A stretch of DNA of 64,000 bases, taken from contig NC_086109.1 of the NCBI RefSeq assembly GCF_963921235.1, positions 26,414,001-26,478,000 of the forward strand. Direction: 5' to 3'. This DNA is from Mobula hypostoma. Lineage: Eukaryota. The notes beneath the pieces were generated by a model. That model saw nothing but the letters and a program-made list of their open reading frames with translations. It searched no databases and was not told where the DNA came from. Position numbers and translations under genes: made by a program. Positions within the stretch are counted from its first letter, which is position 1, and every line of letters begins with the position of its first letter. Positions 63,613-64,000 of the stretch are shown here, piece after piece.

Positions 63613-64000
63613 CAAAACTGACCTCTTACATTATGATAACAGACACTTTAGATTATTTCCATCTACAGGTCCGTAGACATCTGCTTGCATCTTTCCATAA
63701 CTTCTCAACCTCTGAGACAGCATAATATTCAGCCATTTGCAGTGGAGTGTCTCACAGACTGAATGCTACATTACAGACCGAAGTCCCAATGCTAAATATC
63801 AGCTCAGTAATTTATCATAGATTTGCCATAAGGGCAGGACAACACGTGGCTCTAATTAGTCATATACGATGACCACAGTTGAACCTTGTTTAATCTTTTC
63901 ACCCCATATATGAACTGTGTTTCCCTGTAAAGCTATGGCATTAATTACTGCAGGGTATTAAAATAATTGTTTTGTAACACACAGAATTTAAAAATAATGC

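Overview
Vertebrate nuclear DNA, AT-rich and dense in repeats. The repeat mix (CR1, Rex1/Babar, L1, Neptune-type Penelope, V-SINE, Tc1, hAT MITEs, Gypsy LTRs) suggests a cartilaginous fish, probably a ray; this is inference. The only host gene is the 5' part of a class-3 semaphorin most similar to SEMA3D, on the + strand: five coding exons at 18008-18164, 47738-47898, 51743-51802, 54850-54969 and 62989-63082, all GT-AG and phase-compatible, continuing past the window. Most ORFs in the six-frame track are transposon fragments or noise. Main observations: (1) Penelope-like element termini carrying minimal hammerhead-ribozyme motifs, including a ~213-bp fold-back unit flanked by its own 13-bp TSD; (2) a ~690-bp non-coding retroposon family with a YY1-motif head and a stem-loop LINE-type tail; (3) a head-to-head Tc1 composite; (4) 52-80-bp hAT MITEs; (5) nested LINE insertions including a CR1 with a long intact ORF2; (6) a duplicated Sox/homeobox-motif module in intron 1 and three short uORFs before the start codon. 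Boundaries of degenerate repeats are approximate and were judged by eye; no database searches were run.
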